64,000 nucleotides of DNA from Mobula hypostoma (taxonomy: Eukaryota): contig NC_086097.1 in NCBI RefSeq assembly GCF_963921235.1, positions 156,738,001 to 156,802,000 of the forward strand, in the 5' to 3' direction. Shown here piece after piece: positions 1 through 12,995 of the stretch. The translations under genes and the position numbers were made by a program. The notes under the pieces are model-generated. The model was given only the letters and a program-made list of their open reading frames with translations, did no database searches and was not told the origin of the DNA. Each line of letters starts with the position of its first letter. Position 1 is the first letter of the stretch.

Positions 1-749
1 ACATGATTAAACTTCAATCTCGCTTTGTTTTCTATCCTGTATATATATTCATCTCCTTCTGCAGATGATATTCATCCTAAACTGTCTGAAATAACAGACT
101 GCAATGCATAAATAAACAGTTTATCATTGGCATTAAAATAGAACCAGTTGGAAAATAGATCCAAGACCACGATGCTTCACGTTGCAGCACAGCAGGGGTG
201 CCTTCAATATATCAGCCAAAACATACATCTTTATATTCTCGCTGCATTATAAGCTAGTGAACAAGTATAATCTTCCAGCACTCTTCGATTATGCTCATGA
301 TTGGTTCATACCAAACTTTTCCACCAAGGCAGTATGACATGATAACAGTGAGACTAAAAGCAACATAGGGCCAGGAGAAAGCTTTCTGGCTTTCCTGCCA
401 CTAAATTAGATCATGCCTGATCTGTATTTTGACTCCATCTTGTCTGTCTTGTTTCTGCAGCTCTTAGTATCCATTCCTCAGAAGGGTTCTGGAGCAGTAG
501 AAAGAATCACTCATCAGATTTTGCGAGAGAAAATCTATACTGTTGTCACTATCAAGAGAACCCCTGGGGAAGTGGCTTTAGTTCTCTACAAAAAATGCTC
601 TCGTGTAGTTTTGCATGCAGCTTTCTTAGCTTCAGCTGAAGGTGCAGCCTGAGATTTAGACCAACCTGCTGGAACATCTTCTCTGCTCAGCCATGAGGAG
701 TGAAAAAACACACATTTCCTCAGCACATTTTCACACTCAAATATTTAAC

Positions 750-870
750 GTTCAATCCTGACCTCAAGTGCAGTCTGTGTGGAGTTTGCATATTCTTCTG
801 AGCACATTCCATAGATTTCTTTTGGGTGTCAGTTTCCTTTCACATTTCAAAGATTTAGGATTGTTAGATA
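750..870 (+). mobile_element. V-SINE/HE1-like SINE fragment; probable remainder near 1940-1980 and 7910-7995
   Basis: TTCAATCC box-B-like motif followed by GTGTGGAGTTTGCA and a TTTCCT..CACATT..CAAAGA segment typical of the V-domain; a CR1-like 3' tail remnant follows the L1. Confidence 0.5.
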
Positions 871-884
871 TTGATATTGTATTG

Positions 885-1930
885 GGATGCATTTATTACT
901 GTTATGTGTGCAAATATACAGTGAAAAGTGTGTCTTGCATGCCACTTATACAGCACAAATTATTACGCAGTACATTGAGCGAAACCAAGGTAAATCAGTG
1001 ACAATGCAAAATAAAGTGTAAAAGCTACTGAAAAGGTGTTGTGCAGGTAAACAGTAAAGTGCAAGATCGTAACAAGGTGGATCGTAAGGTCAAGGGTTCA
1101 TTTTATTGATACAAGACATCAACATACATTCATGAGTCTGAAAATAGTGGGTTGGAAGCTGTCTTTGAGCCTGGTAGTATGTGCTTTCAGGCTTTTGTAT
1201 CGTCAGCCCAATGGCAGAGGGGAGAAGAGAAAATGGTTCAGGGTGGGTGGGGTCTTTGATTCTGCTGGCTGCTTTAACAAGACAATGAGGAGCTTAGACA
1301 GAGTCCATAGAGGGGAGGCTAATTCCTGTGATGTGCTGAGCTGTGCCCACAACTCTCTGCATTTTCTTGTGGTCATGCGCAGAGTACTGGCATATCAAGA
1401 TGTTATGCATCCAAGCAGAATGCTTTCACTGGTGCATTCATAAAATTGATAAGAGCTGATGAAGATGCTGAATTACTTCAGCCTCTTGAGGAAGTAGAGG
1501 TGTTGGTGAGCTTTCTTGTCCAATACATCAATGTATTTGGACCAGGAAAGACTATTAGTGATGTTCTCAACTAGGAATTTGAAGCTCTCAACCCCCTCAT
1601 CTTCAACATCACTGATGTAGACAAAAATAGGTGAACCGCGACCCCTTTTTGAAATGAATGACAAACTCTTTTGTTTCGTTAATTTTAAGGAAAGTGTCAT
1701 GACACCATCTCCTCTATCTCCTATCTCTCCATATCCTTCCTGTACTCTGACTCATTATTACTTGAGATGGTTATCAACTGCAAACTTGTAGATGGAACTT
1801 GTAGAATCTGGCAACACAGTCTTGAGTGTTCAGTAGGGGGCAGAGAACGCAACTTTGTAGAGCGCCAGTGTTTAGAATAATTGTGGCAGAGATTTTGCTC
1901 CCTGTCCTTACTGTTTAGGTTCTGTTGTTC
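885..1930 (-). mobile_element. Degenerate Rex1/Babar-like LINE, 3' part
   Basis: Minus-strand translation FKFLVENITNSLSWSKYID...KKAHQHLYFLKRLK matches the post-RT region of the better-preserved copy at 25813-26427. Confidence 0.7.
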
Positions 1931-2137
1931 AGAATGTAACTGAGGGTTAGGTTCTGGGGGTATTAATAAGAATGAGGAGCCGGAGACTTCCGGTAGCGCT
2001 CATGGAGTGAAGTCGCGTTCTTGACTCGCTCCATTACCTCTGAGTTTTTTTACTCTATGGTCAGCTATACTTTAATTAACCATTAAGGCATCAATTTTTA
2101 TAATACTTTGAATTAAACTGAATTCTCTGACAATTGG

Positions 2138-3037
2138 ATGATACTTAGATATGCTATGTCTAAGAACGGGAAAAACGGCAAGGATGGTAAACCTTCGGCT
2201 AAACCGAAAGCTACGGATCTCCCTCCGACTGAATCACCGGTGACTTTGAAAGCGATATCGGAGTTAATTCAGAGGGAAATTTCAACCTCTGTTAGGGAGA
2301 TGATTCGTACGGAAATTGCAGGCTTTGTTAAAGATCTGATTCATGCGGAAATCTCAACTAATTTCCAGAAAATTGCCGATTTAATTGATAAGATGCAAAC
2401 ATGTATTGCGGAACATCAGTCGGCTATATCTGATCTTCAAAAATTCGCGCAACAAAGTGAGCTTAAGATGGGGAAAATCGAAGAAACAATTAATGTAATG
2501 AAGAAGAAACTTGACTTTTTGACTTTTAAAAACTCTGACTTGGAATCTAGAATGCGACGGCAGAATTTAAGAATGATCGGCGTGAGAGAAGCCGTTGAAG
2601 CTAACAACCCCATGAAATATTTCTCTCAACTTTTAAAAGATGCATTCCCTACTGTATTTCCTGACCAACCACCGCTACTGGATCGTGTTCACAGAATCCC
2701 ATCATACTCGTCTAGGTTAGATAGACCTAGGCATGTTATTTTACGTTTTCATTACTTTCAAGACAAGGAGAGACTGTTTCGATTCGCTCGATCTAAAGGT
2801 TTCATTGATTTTTCGGATCTTAAGTTCCGATTCGTGGAAGATTTCAGTAAACCAATCTGGGACCAACGGGTCCGTTACAGATCCGTGATGTCGGAATTCT
2901 ATAAGATGGATTTAAGACCAGCGCTGCTGTACCCTGCACGTCTAAGGATTCGCATGTTAGATGGAGCCCTTCGTTTTTTTGATTCTCCATCGGATGCCCA
3001 GAGTTATCTGGATCAACTTTCATCTTCAACATCTTAA
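2138..3037 (+). CDS. L1 ORF1p (coiled coil, RRM, CTD)
   Basis: 299 aa with RRQNLRMIGVRE, LDRVHR, RPRHVILRFHYFQDKE and LYPARLRI motifs; start could be the second ATG at 2156. Confidence 0.93.
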   Translation: MILRYAMSKNGKNGKDGKPSAKPKATDLPPTESPVTLKAISELIQREISTSVREMIRTEIAGFVKDLIHAEISTNFQKIADLIDKMQTCIAEHQSAISDLQKFAQQSELKMGKIEETINVMKKKLDFLTFKNSDLESRMRRQNLRMIGVREAVEANNPMKYFSQLLKDAFPTVFPDQPPLLDRVHRIPSYSSRLDRPRHVILRFHYFQDKERLFRFARSKGFIDFSDLKFRFVEDFSKPIWDQRVRYRSVMSEFYKMDLRPALLYPARLRIRMLDGALRFFDSPSDAQSYLDQLSSSTS

Positions 3038-3759
3038 TTGCCTTTTTTTTAAATTTTCTCCGTTGATCGGAGGCTGTGAATTGGTTGGTTTTAACTTTTC
3101 TGTGCCCTATTTGGGCAGAAAAGTTTACTTTTGATTTCTTAATATGGCTGCTAAACTTTCTTTTTAACTGCGTCATTTCTTTCTTTTCCCAGGGGATTCT
3201 GGGTGGTTACTTCCCTTTTGTCATCTTACGTATTTCCTGTGCGGCCTTAAATTTTGTAGTTTTTTTTAAATTTTATTCTGTTTTGCTTTTTATAATCACT
3301 TTATGTTAATAATCCTATTTTTTTTGTTGCTGTGTCTATTCATGAGTTTGAGGTTTATTGTGGTTTTTTTTAATATATATTTTCCGGCTTTTGTTCTGTT
3401 CTGTGTGTATTCTAATTGAGCTAACTTTTTTTTTACTTATTTTTTTACTGTTTTACAATTAGCTGATCCTTTTCATATTTATACCTTTTTTTTAGGGACC
3501 GTATACCGGAAGTCATGGGGGTAGTTTTAGCGCTTGCTTCTTTCTGGCGGGTCTGCTTTAGATTTTGCCTTGGGGTCTTGGGGTGGGGGGTGGTGGGAGG
3601 GGCTTCACGTTTTAGTTTGTTTTTCTTTGGGCTATATACATTATTGAAGTACTGGTTGCGTCCTTTTCCCCGGTATCTTTTGTATGTTCTGTTTCCTCTC
3701 CGGGTTTGTGGGTCGCGCCTATTGTCAATCCTCCTTGTTGTGGGTTGACTTTAGGATTT

Positions 3760-6700
3760 ATGGAGTCTATTATTAATTTTGTCTCCTGGAATACTAATGG
3801 TCTTAATCATCCTATTAAAAGAAAAAAAGTTTTTAAAGTGTTCCGGAGACTTAAAGCACAAATTTTATTTTTACAAGAGACCCATGTACGGAGGGGGGAC
3901 AGACTACGTTTTTTCAAATTCTGGAAGGAACAACAATTTCATTCGAACTCCAATGCTAAGATTCGAGGCGTCTCTATTTTTATAGATTCCTCAGTTACTT
4001 TTATACAACAGGATATTATCTCTGATCCGAATGGTAGATTTTTATTGGTTAGTGGTTTACTATTTAATAAAAAAGTAGTTTTGGTTAATGTTTATGCTCC
4101 TAATATGGATTGTCCGGAATTTTATAAATCATTGTTTGATCAGTTTCCGAATTTGAACGAGTTTTCATTGATTTGGGGCGGAGATCTTAATACCTGTTTA
4201 TCTCCAGCTTTGGACCGTTCGGCTCCTTTACGGACTTTACCTAATAAATCTGCAAATTTGATTAATTTTTTTCTTTCTGATTCTGGGTCGACGGACATTT
4301 GGCGTTTTCTGCATCCTCAGGAAAAAGATTTTTCCTTTTTTTCACATGTTCATCATTCCTATTCAAGAATTGATTATTTTTTTATTGACTCTCGTCTCAT
4401 TCCTTCAGTGATTAAATGTGATTATGATTCTATAACCATTTCGGATCATGCTCCACTTAAGCTTTCTATTAAAATTATGGCCAATATACCAAACAATAGA
4501 CAATGGCGTTTTAATTCGCTGTTGCTTCAGGACTCGGACTTTGTTAATTTTATGAATGAACAGATTGAGCTTTTTTTTACAATTAACCATACAGAAGATA
4601 TTTCGGTTAACACTCTTTGGGACACTTTTAAAGCCTATATTCGGGGTCAGATTATTTCGTATTCCGTTGCTTTGAGGAAGAAACAGAAGCAGGAGGAGAT
4701 GGCAATTGTGGACAAGATTAAAGAAATTGATAAGAAATATGTTATGGCTCCTTCTGAGGAGCTATACAAACAAAGAACTGAACTTCAAATGGAACACAGT
4801 TTACTACTCTCGTCCTCGATTGTAAACCAATTAAAGAAAACAAGAAGTGATTTTTATGTTCATAGTGATAAAATTGGCAAGCTGCTGGCTAATCAATTGA
4901 AATCTAATTATGTTAAATCTCAAATCAATCAGATTTATAACCAAAATGATCGATTGATATTGGATCATGTGGGGATTAATCAAACCTTTTGTGATTTTTA
5001 TTCTTCTTTATATCAATCAGAGTCTCCTCGAGATTCTAAATATATGAATGATTTTTTAGATAAGTTAGACTTCCCTCAGATTTCACAGGATATGTCTTCT
5101 TTATTAGATACTTCCATTACAATGGATGAGATTAAGAATGTTATTTTTTCTATGAATCTGGGGAAAGCTCCTGGCCCTGATGGGTTTACCGTTGAATTTT
5201 ATAAATGTTTTGCTTCTTTATTGATTCCTTGGCTCTATAAGGTTTTTGAGGCTTCTTTGAAACTTGGTAAACTTCCAGAATCTTTTAATAGAGCATCAAT
5301 TTCTTTAATACTAAAGAAGGATAAAGACCCTGCTCAATGTGCATCTTATAGACCAATATCTTTATTAAATGTTGATTCTAAAGTTTTTTCTAAGTTATTA
5401 GCAAATAGACTAGAAAAAGTACTTCCTTCTATTATTTCGGAAGACCAAACGGGTTTTATTAAAGGTCGTTACTCTTTTTATAATATTCGTACATTGTTAA
5501 ATATCGTTTATACTCCCTCACAAAATGTTCCTGAGTGTGTTATTTCTTTAGATGCCGAGAAAGCTTTTGATAGAGTAGAATGGCCTTATTTATTTAAGGT
5601 GCTTGAAATGTTTAATTTTAGCTTGAAATTTATATCCTGGATTAAACTGTTATATCACTCCCCTGTAGCCTCGGTTCGTACTAACTCTTTAAACTCACCT
5701 TTTTTTCCTCTCTTTCGTGGTACTCGACAAGGCTGTCCTCTTAGTCCCCTATTATTTGATATTGCATTAGAACCTCTTGCAATTGCTATTCGAGAATCTT
5801 CAAATATTACTGGGATAACTCGGGGATTAAAGTCCCATAAATTATCACTCTATGCTGATGATTTACTTTTATATATTTCTAATCCTGAGAGATCTATTCC
5901 TGCTGTTTTAGAGTTATTAGCACAATTTGGTCTTTTCTCAGGTTATAAATTAAATCTTAGTAAGAGTGAACTTTTTCCGATTAATAAACATCTTCCCTTA
6001 TATTATAAATTTCCATTTAAATTGATTAATAATTACCTTTCATATCTTGGGATTAAAATTACTTGTAAACATAAAGATTTATTTAAGACTAACTTTTTAC
6101 CATTAATAGACCATATTACTCAACTTTCATCTAAATGGTTTCCCTTATATTTAACTTTGATTGGTCGTATTAATGCAGTTAAGATGTTTTTTTTGCCAAA
6201 ATTTTTATATGTGTTTCAGGCATTACCAATTTTCGTTCCTAAATCTTTTTTTGATAAAGTCGACTCTAAAATTTCTTCATTTATTTGGCAGAATAAGAAT
6301 CCGAGACTGGGTAAAATACATTTACAGAAAGCTAAGAGAGATGGAGGTTTAGCATTACCTAACTTTAGATTTTATTATTGGGCTATTAATATTCGACATA
6401 TGAAATTTTGGTTACTTGACCGGGACATACTATCTATTCCTAAATGGGTAGCATTGGAATTACAATCTGTTCAGGGTTATACACTTGGTTCTATTTTAGG
6501 TTCATCTCTTCCCTTTGATTCGAAACGCCTTAAGCAGGTCTCTAACCCGATCGTTAAATATGCTTTGCGTATTTGGTTTCAATTCAGAAAATTTTTTGAT
6601 CTTAATCAATTCGGGTTAGCGATTCCTATTTTAGGTAACATATTTTTTCCTCCCTCTTTTACGGATCGCGCTTTTCAAACTTGGAAGACTAAGGGTATTT

Positions 6701-7534
6701 TACGGTTTTTGGATTTATTTTTAGATGGTTCCCTTATGTCTTTTGAACAATTATCTAATAAATATAACTTATCAAGAATACATTTTTTTAGATATTTACA
6801 AGTTAGAAATTTCTTAAGTACTATACTTTCTTCCTTTCCAATGCTTCCTCCTATATATATTTTAGATTCGATAATTAACCTTAATCCATGTCAGAAAGGT
6901 GCATCGGCTATGATTTATAATATTATTATGAAACTTAGGAAAGCTCCATTTGATAAGATTAGGGTAGATTGGGAACAGGAATTGGGGCTTACCATCTCTG
7001 TGGATGATTGGGGGCAGATTTTACAATTAGTTAATACTTCCTCTATTTGTGCTAAATTCCCTAATTCAATTTAAAGTGGTTCATAGAGCACATATGTCCA
7101 AAGATAAGTTAGCGCGTTTTTACACGCATATTAATCCTTTCTGTGATAGATGTTCGGGGCAGATAGCCTCTTTAACTCATATGTTTTGGTCTTGCCCTAC
7201 TTTGGAAACTTTTTGGAGAGATATTTTCAATATTATTTCTAAGGTATTAAATATAGATATCTCTCCTCACCCTATTACTGCTATCTTTGGACTACCTAAA
7301 ATTTCTAGTAATCTTTCCCCTTCAGCGCGTAGAATGATTGCATTTCTTACTTTGATGGCGAAAAGATGTATTTTACAACATTGGAAAGAGCTTAATGCTC
7401 CAACTACCTTTTTTTGGTTTTCTCAGACGATTTTATGTTTGAATCTGGAGAAAATTAGAAGTAACCTTTATGATTTTTCATTTAAATTTGAACAGATTTG
7501 GGGACCTTTTATTCGATATTTTCATTTAATGTAA
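3760..7534 (+). pseudogene. L1 ORF2p (APE endonuclease, RT, C-terminal CCHC) with one frameshift near 7057
   Basis: SWNTNGLN, LQETH, GGDLN, SRIDY, SDH (EN); KAPGPDG, DAEKAFD, GTRQGCPLSP, YADD (RT); CDRC...HMFWSC in the shifted frame. TGT GCT AAA T TCC CTA ATT CAA suggests a 2-bp loss from CAKxSLIQ. Confidence 0.93.
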
Positions 7535-9766
7535 TATTTACCCTTCTTGTTCTTTTTTCACTGTTTTAATGGAGGTCGGGATTGAGGACGTGATTTTAAG
7601 TTTAACTCTGTTTGGTTTCAAGTTAGCCCATTGCTTTGCTTTGCTTTTAGTTAGTTGCACGGTGGGTTTTTTTTTGGGGTTTTTTTTTTTCTTTTTTTTC
7701 CATTGATATATATAAAATCTAGTATACTATTATGTTATCTTGGTTTCTTATGCTTAAATTACATTGTTTGTAGTATTTTCTTTTTGGTATTGTTATCTTT
7801 TGGAATTTTATTATACTTTAACATTGTATTAATGTTTATATGGCTTACCTTTTTTGTATACTTACTCAATAAAAAGATTTAAAAAGAAAGAAAGAAAGAA
7901 TGAGGAGCCAATAGAATGGGATTAGTATGAAAGAGAGCTTAGCAGTTGTCATGGTCTGAATGGATGAAAGGGCCCATTTTTATGTGGTATTGTTTTCTGA
8001 CAGTTGGTCTGGATCAGTAACAAAATACTAGAAACCTTAGATAGAAAATAGGATGGTCTTTGATTTCAACCATTTCTCAATGGAGGTCCAGGGAGCTTCA
8101 TTAGTCCAATATACTTATGAAGAAAATGCCAACTTATTGAACACTTTGAATATAGAGTCTATCCAGTTTAACAGTACTACTGGTTTACCTGAAAATAACT
8201 CTTGAATTGATGGCAATAAAAATGACCGTTTAACTGGTATGAGACAAATTTTCTTTCCATTAATGTATCTTTGCCTCCTTATTTTTCCTTTAAACAATAA
8301 AATTGAATCAGAGAAATACAATATATTTAAAATAGTTTGCTCTGATTTCAATGCATATACTCTAAATATGGCTAATGCAAAGCTACGTTTTTTAGTTTTC
8401 AATTGCCCTTTTAAACTGGCAGCTTAGATAAAATAGTTAGAAAATGTTGAAAGTACTATTTGTGGCTTTTGCCTTCAGATGAGATGAACTCAGCTAACTT
8501 CTTGGTCCTGGCCAATTTGAATCCACTCACATGTGCAATTGGTTGCTATGTGATTGATTGCATTACCATTCTGGTCTATTGAATATTAAATGTCTCCCTT
8601 CCCACACTAGTATCAAAGCATAACACATAGATGCTCTTTAGCCTATCCCATCGATGCAATCTTGCTGGAAAAGATGCTGATATCATCCCACAACCTTGGT
8701 CTTTTCCTAAGGCACTGCAATTTCCTGTTTCAAGTACAATCAACTTTTGACTATCCAGGACAATGGATGAAGGGGAGTGACTTTGCAAATGAGGTAAAGA
8801 CAGAGATAATGCAAAACAGTTTTAAATACAACACAGGGCATAAAAATGTCACAAAATGCTTATGTTGTTGTTTATTAAAATATTTAATCCCAATTGCTTC
8901 ATTGATTTGCTTGTCTTTTAAGTTCAAGTATTGGTCTGTAACAGCTGAATAAATACTTCTCTATCCCAAGAATGTGTTTCATCCAACAACACATTATAAT
9001 ATGTATCATGGTTAGAAAGCAGCTCATAATCTTTCTCAATATTTTCTGCTTCGATATATTGATCTCAGCCCGAGGGCTGCACAATTTCTGCTTGCTATGC
9101 TGCAAAAGTGTCTTCCTCATTCAAGTTGTTGCCACCTCTTAGCTATGAAAAGATGTTTCACTTTGATTCCATGCTCACGGTCAGTGTCACTTTCCTTCAA
9201 ACTCACTTTATAGGTCACATCCAGAATGGTCAGCTACCCTGAAAATGATTCCCGATATTCCCATATCATTGACATGCTTTTGTTACTGTTCTATTTAAAT
9301 CATGCAACTGCTTTGTGGTCCACAGGTTTGATTACTGAGTTCACATTTGATTGTTAAAGGCTTCAGAGAAAGGGTGTTATCCACCAACAGGACAGCTTGT
9401 CTGGTGGGCCTTTTGATCACTTGTATTCCTGGACATGAGGAACAAACTCTTTGTGAAACCACTCTCTGAAAATGCCTTGATCTACCAATACTAATTTCTT
9501 GCTGAATAAATCTACTGTCACATTAGTAGTTTCAATTGTATTCCTTTGTGAATCACACAGAGTTTGAGCTGATTGTATTTTCCCTGCATTTGAGTGCTAA
9601 CCTCTCTTTACTATGCTTGTGTTACTCTGTAAGCATTGCTAATGAAGTCCACTTCATTCTGCGTTACAAGTATCCTCTGGTTGCAATCATTCTTTAGTGA
9701 ATGCAATGTATTCCTTTCAGAATTTACAAACAGATAATATCTTCACTTAACTTCTCCTTTCAGATC

Positions 9767-10228
9767 TCATAACTGTTCTACCAGCCTGTTGTTGCTAGTA
9801 CAATTTTCTATGCAGTGGTGGGCTGGAGCAATGGTATCAACACAGGTGATGCCAACAGGCTCAGTAAACTGATTAGAAAGGCTGACTCTGTTATAGGAGT
9901 CAAACTGGACACACTGGAGGCTGTGGTAAAACAAAAGACCCAGTGCAAAATCCTGACAATTCTGGGCAATATTTCTCACCATCTGCATGCCAACTTAGCT
10001 AAACAGAAGACCTCTTTTAGTAATAGACTAAGACAACTGTGCTGCTCCACAGAGCGCTATATGAGGTTATTCTTCCCGTTGACCATTAATTTCTATAATG
10101 AGTCAACCTATAGCCAGGGAAGTAATGACCCCCACTCCCTTCTGTTAGACTATTTGAGGTAATTTACTTTTAAAAAAATTCTTACTTCTCTTCTAATATT
10201 TGTATACCTGTGCACTTGCAATACTACT
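9767..10228 (+). mobile_element. Rex1/Babar-like LINE 3' fragment, split by a CR1; resumes 12565-12634 with a (TATC)n tail
   Basis: Colinear with the uninterrupted copy at 26731-27254. Confidence 0.75.
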
Positions 10229-12564
10229 AGAACCAACTAGAGAGCAGGCTATTCTAGACTGGGTTTTGAGCAATGAGGAAGGGTTAATTAGCAATCTTGT
10301 CGTGAGAGGCCCCTTGGGTAAGAGTGACCATAACATGGTGGAATTCTTCATTAAGATGGAGGGTGACATAGTTAATTCAGAAACAAAGGTTCTGAACTTA
10401 AAGAGGGGTAACTTTGAAGGTATGAGACATGAATTAGCTAAGATAGACTGGCAAATGACACTTAAAGGATTGACGGTGGATATGCAATGGCAAGCATTTA
10501 AGGATTGCATGGATGAACTACAACAATTGTTCATCCCAGTTTGGCAAAAGAATAAATCAAGGAGGGTAGTGCACCCGTGGCTGACAAGAGAAATTAGGGA
10601 TAGTATCAATTCCAAAGAAGAAGCATACGAATTAGCCAGAAAAAGTGGCTCCCCTGAGGACTGGGAGAAATTCAGAGTTCAGCAGAGGAGGACAAAGGGC
10701 TTAATTAGGAAGGGGAAAAAAGATTATGAGAGAAAACTGGCAGGGAACATAAAAACTGACTGTAAAAGCTTTTATAGATATGTAAAAAGGAAAAGACTGG
10801 TAAAGGCAAATATAGGTCCCCTACAGACAGAAACAGGTGAATTGATTATGGGGAGCAAGGACATGGCAGACCAATTGAACAATTACTTTGGTTTTGTCTT
10901 CACTAAGGAGGACATAAATAATCTTCCAGAAATAGTAGGGGACAGGGGGTCCAGTGAGATGGAGGAACTGAGCGAAATACATGTTAGTAGGGAAGTGGTG
11001 TTGGGTAAATTGAAGGGATTGAAGGCAGATAAATCCCCAGGGCCAGATGGTCTGCATTCTAGAGTGCTTAAGGAAGTAGCCCAAGAAATAGTGGATGCAT
11101 TAGTGATAATTTTTCAAAACTCGTAACCTCACTTTTTAAAAAAGGAGGGAGAGAGAAACCGGGGAATTATAGACTGGTTAGCCTAACGTCAGTGGTGGGG
11201 AAACTGCTGGAGTCAGTTATCAAAGATGTGATAACAGCACATTTGGAAAGCGGTGAAATCATCGGACAAAGTCAGCATGGATTTGTGAAAGGAAAATCAT
11301 GTCTGACGAATCTCATAGAATTTTTTGAGGATGTAACGAGTAGAGTGGATAGGGGAGAACCAGTGGATGTGGTATATTTGGATTTTCAAAAGGCTTTTGA
11401 CAAGGTCCCACACAGGAGATTAGTGTGCAAACTTAAAGCACACGGTATTGGGGGTAAGGTATTGATGTGGATAGAGAATTGGTTAGCAGACAGGAAGCAA
11501 AGAGTGGGAATAAACGGGACCTTTTCAGAATGGCAGGCAGTGACTAGTGGGGTACCGCAAGGCTCAGTGCTGGGACCCCAGTTGTTTACAATATATATTA
11601 ATGACTTGGATGAGGGAATTAAATGCAGCATCTGCAAGTTTGCGGATGACACGAAGCTGGGCGGCAGTGTTAGCTGTGAGGAGGATGCTAAGAGGATGCA
11701 GGGTGACTTGGATAAGTTGGGTGAGTGCGCAAATTCATGGCAGATGCAATTTAATGTGGATAAATGTGAAGTTATCCACTTTGGTGGCAAAAATAGGAAA
11801 ACAGATTATTATCTGAATGGTGGCCGATTAGGAAAAAGGGAGGTGCAATGAGACCTGGGTGTCATTATACATCAGTCATTGAAAGTGGGCATGCAGGTAC
11901 AGCAGGCGGTGAAAAAGGCGAATGGTATGCTGGCATTTATAGCGAGAGGATTCGAGTACAGGAGCAGGGAGGTACTACTGCAGTTGTACAAGGCCTTGGT
12001 GAGACCACACCTGGAGTATTGTGTGCATTTTTGGTCCCCTAATCTGAGGAAAGACATCCTTGCCATAGAGGGAGTACAAAGAAGGTTCACCAGATTGATT
12101 CCTGGGATGGCAGGACTTTCATATGAAGAAAGACTGGATGAACTGGGCTTGTACTCGTTGGAATTTAGAAGATTGAGGGGGGATCTGATTGAAACGTATA
12201 AAATCCTAAAGGGATTGGACAGGCTAGATGCAGGAAGATTGTTCCCAATGTTGGGGAAGTCCAGAACGAGGGGTCACAGTTTGAGGATAAAGGGGAAGCC
12301 TTTTAGGACCGAGATTAGGAAAAACTAAGAGAGTGGTGAATCTGTGGAATTCTCTGCCACGGGAAACAGTTGAGGCCAGTTCATTGGCTATATTTAAGAG
12401 GGAGTTAGATATGGCCCTTGTGGCTATGGGGATCAGGGGGTATGGAGGGAAGGCTGGTGCAGGGTTCTGAGTTGGATGATCAGCCATGATCATAATAAAT
12501 CGTGGTGCAGGCTCGAAGGGCCGAATGACCTACTCCTGCACCTATTTTCTATGTTTCTATGTTT
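10229..12564 (+). mobile_element. 5'-truncated CR1 LINE, same subfamily as 34445-38660
   Basis: KSPGPDG, YLDFQKAFD, SGVPQGSVLGP, FADD; 43-bp deletion at 11124, CGA>TGA at 11849, small deletion near 12326; (TTCTATGT)n tail; possible TSD TACT. Confidence 0.95.
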
Positions 12565-12601
12565 TACTCTGATACTGCAATTTCATCTAGGATCAATAAA
12601 G

Positions 12602-12634
<33 letters not shown>

Positions 12635-12995
12635 CTTTAATCGTCACCCATCCCGGCAAAGTACTAAAGTGTGCCCATTCCCAGAAATTCTTGGCCTATT
12701 TAGCAGTAAGGATCTAGAAGCTGAAGAACCTTCACCTGTAATGCCAGAATAATTAACCCATTCTAGTATTTTGTTCAAATCCTCCAAAAATGCCTCTCTC
12801 GCCAATTTTTGAATCAATGCACTACTTAAAGAAAGAGAGAACCATTTAAGAAACCATTGATAATTTCACTGGAAATTCTCCGGATGTTCTGGTGGAAACT
12901 GTGGAGATTATTTGGTGATCTCCAGTAAATTTTCCAGATATTTACTACAAATTCTCTTGAGAATTCCTTGGATGTTCTATGGATGGTTCCAGAAG

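Larger units (their letters stand above)
1982..7895 (+). mobile_element. Full-length L1-clade LINE
   Basis: TSD AAGAATGAGGAGCC at 1968-1981 and 7896-7909; ORF1 and ORF2; AATAAA at 7868; (AAAG)n tail. Confidence 0.97.

Noticed and set aside
3706..3759. ORF2 start at 3706
   Set aside because: This is a GTG call; the ATG at 3760 directly precedes the EN N-terminal motif
10229..12564. Segmental duplication of 36269-38650
   Set aside because: Similarity is confined to the CR1 and the flanks differ, so these are independent insertions
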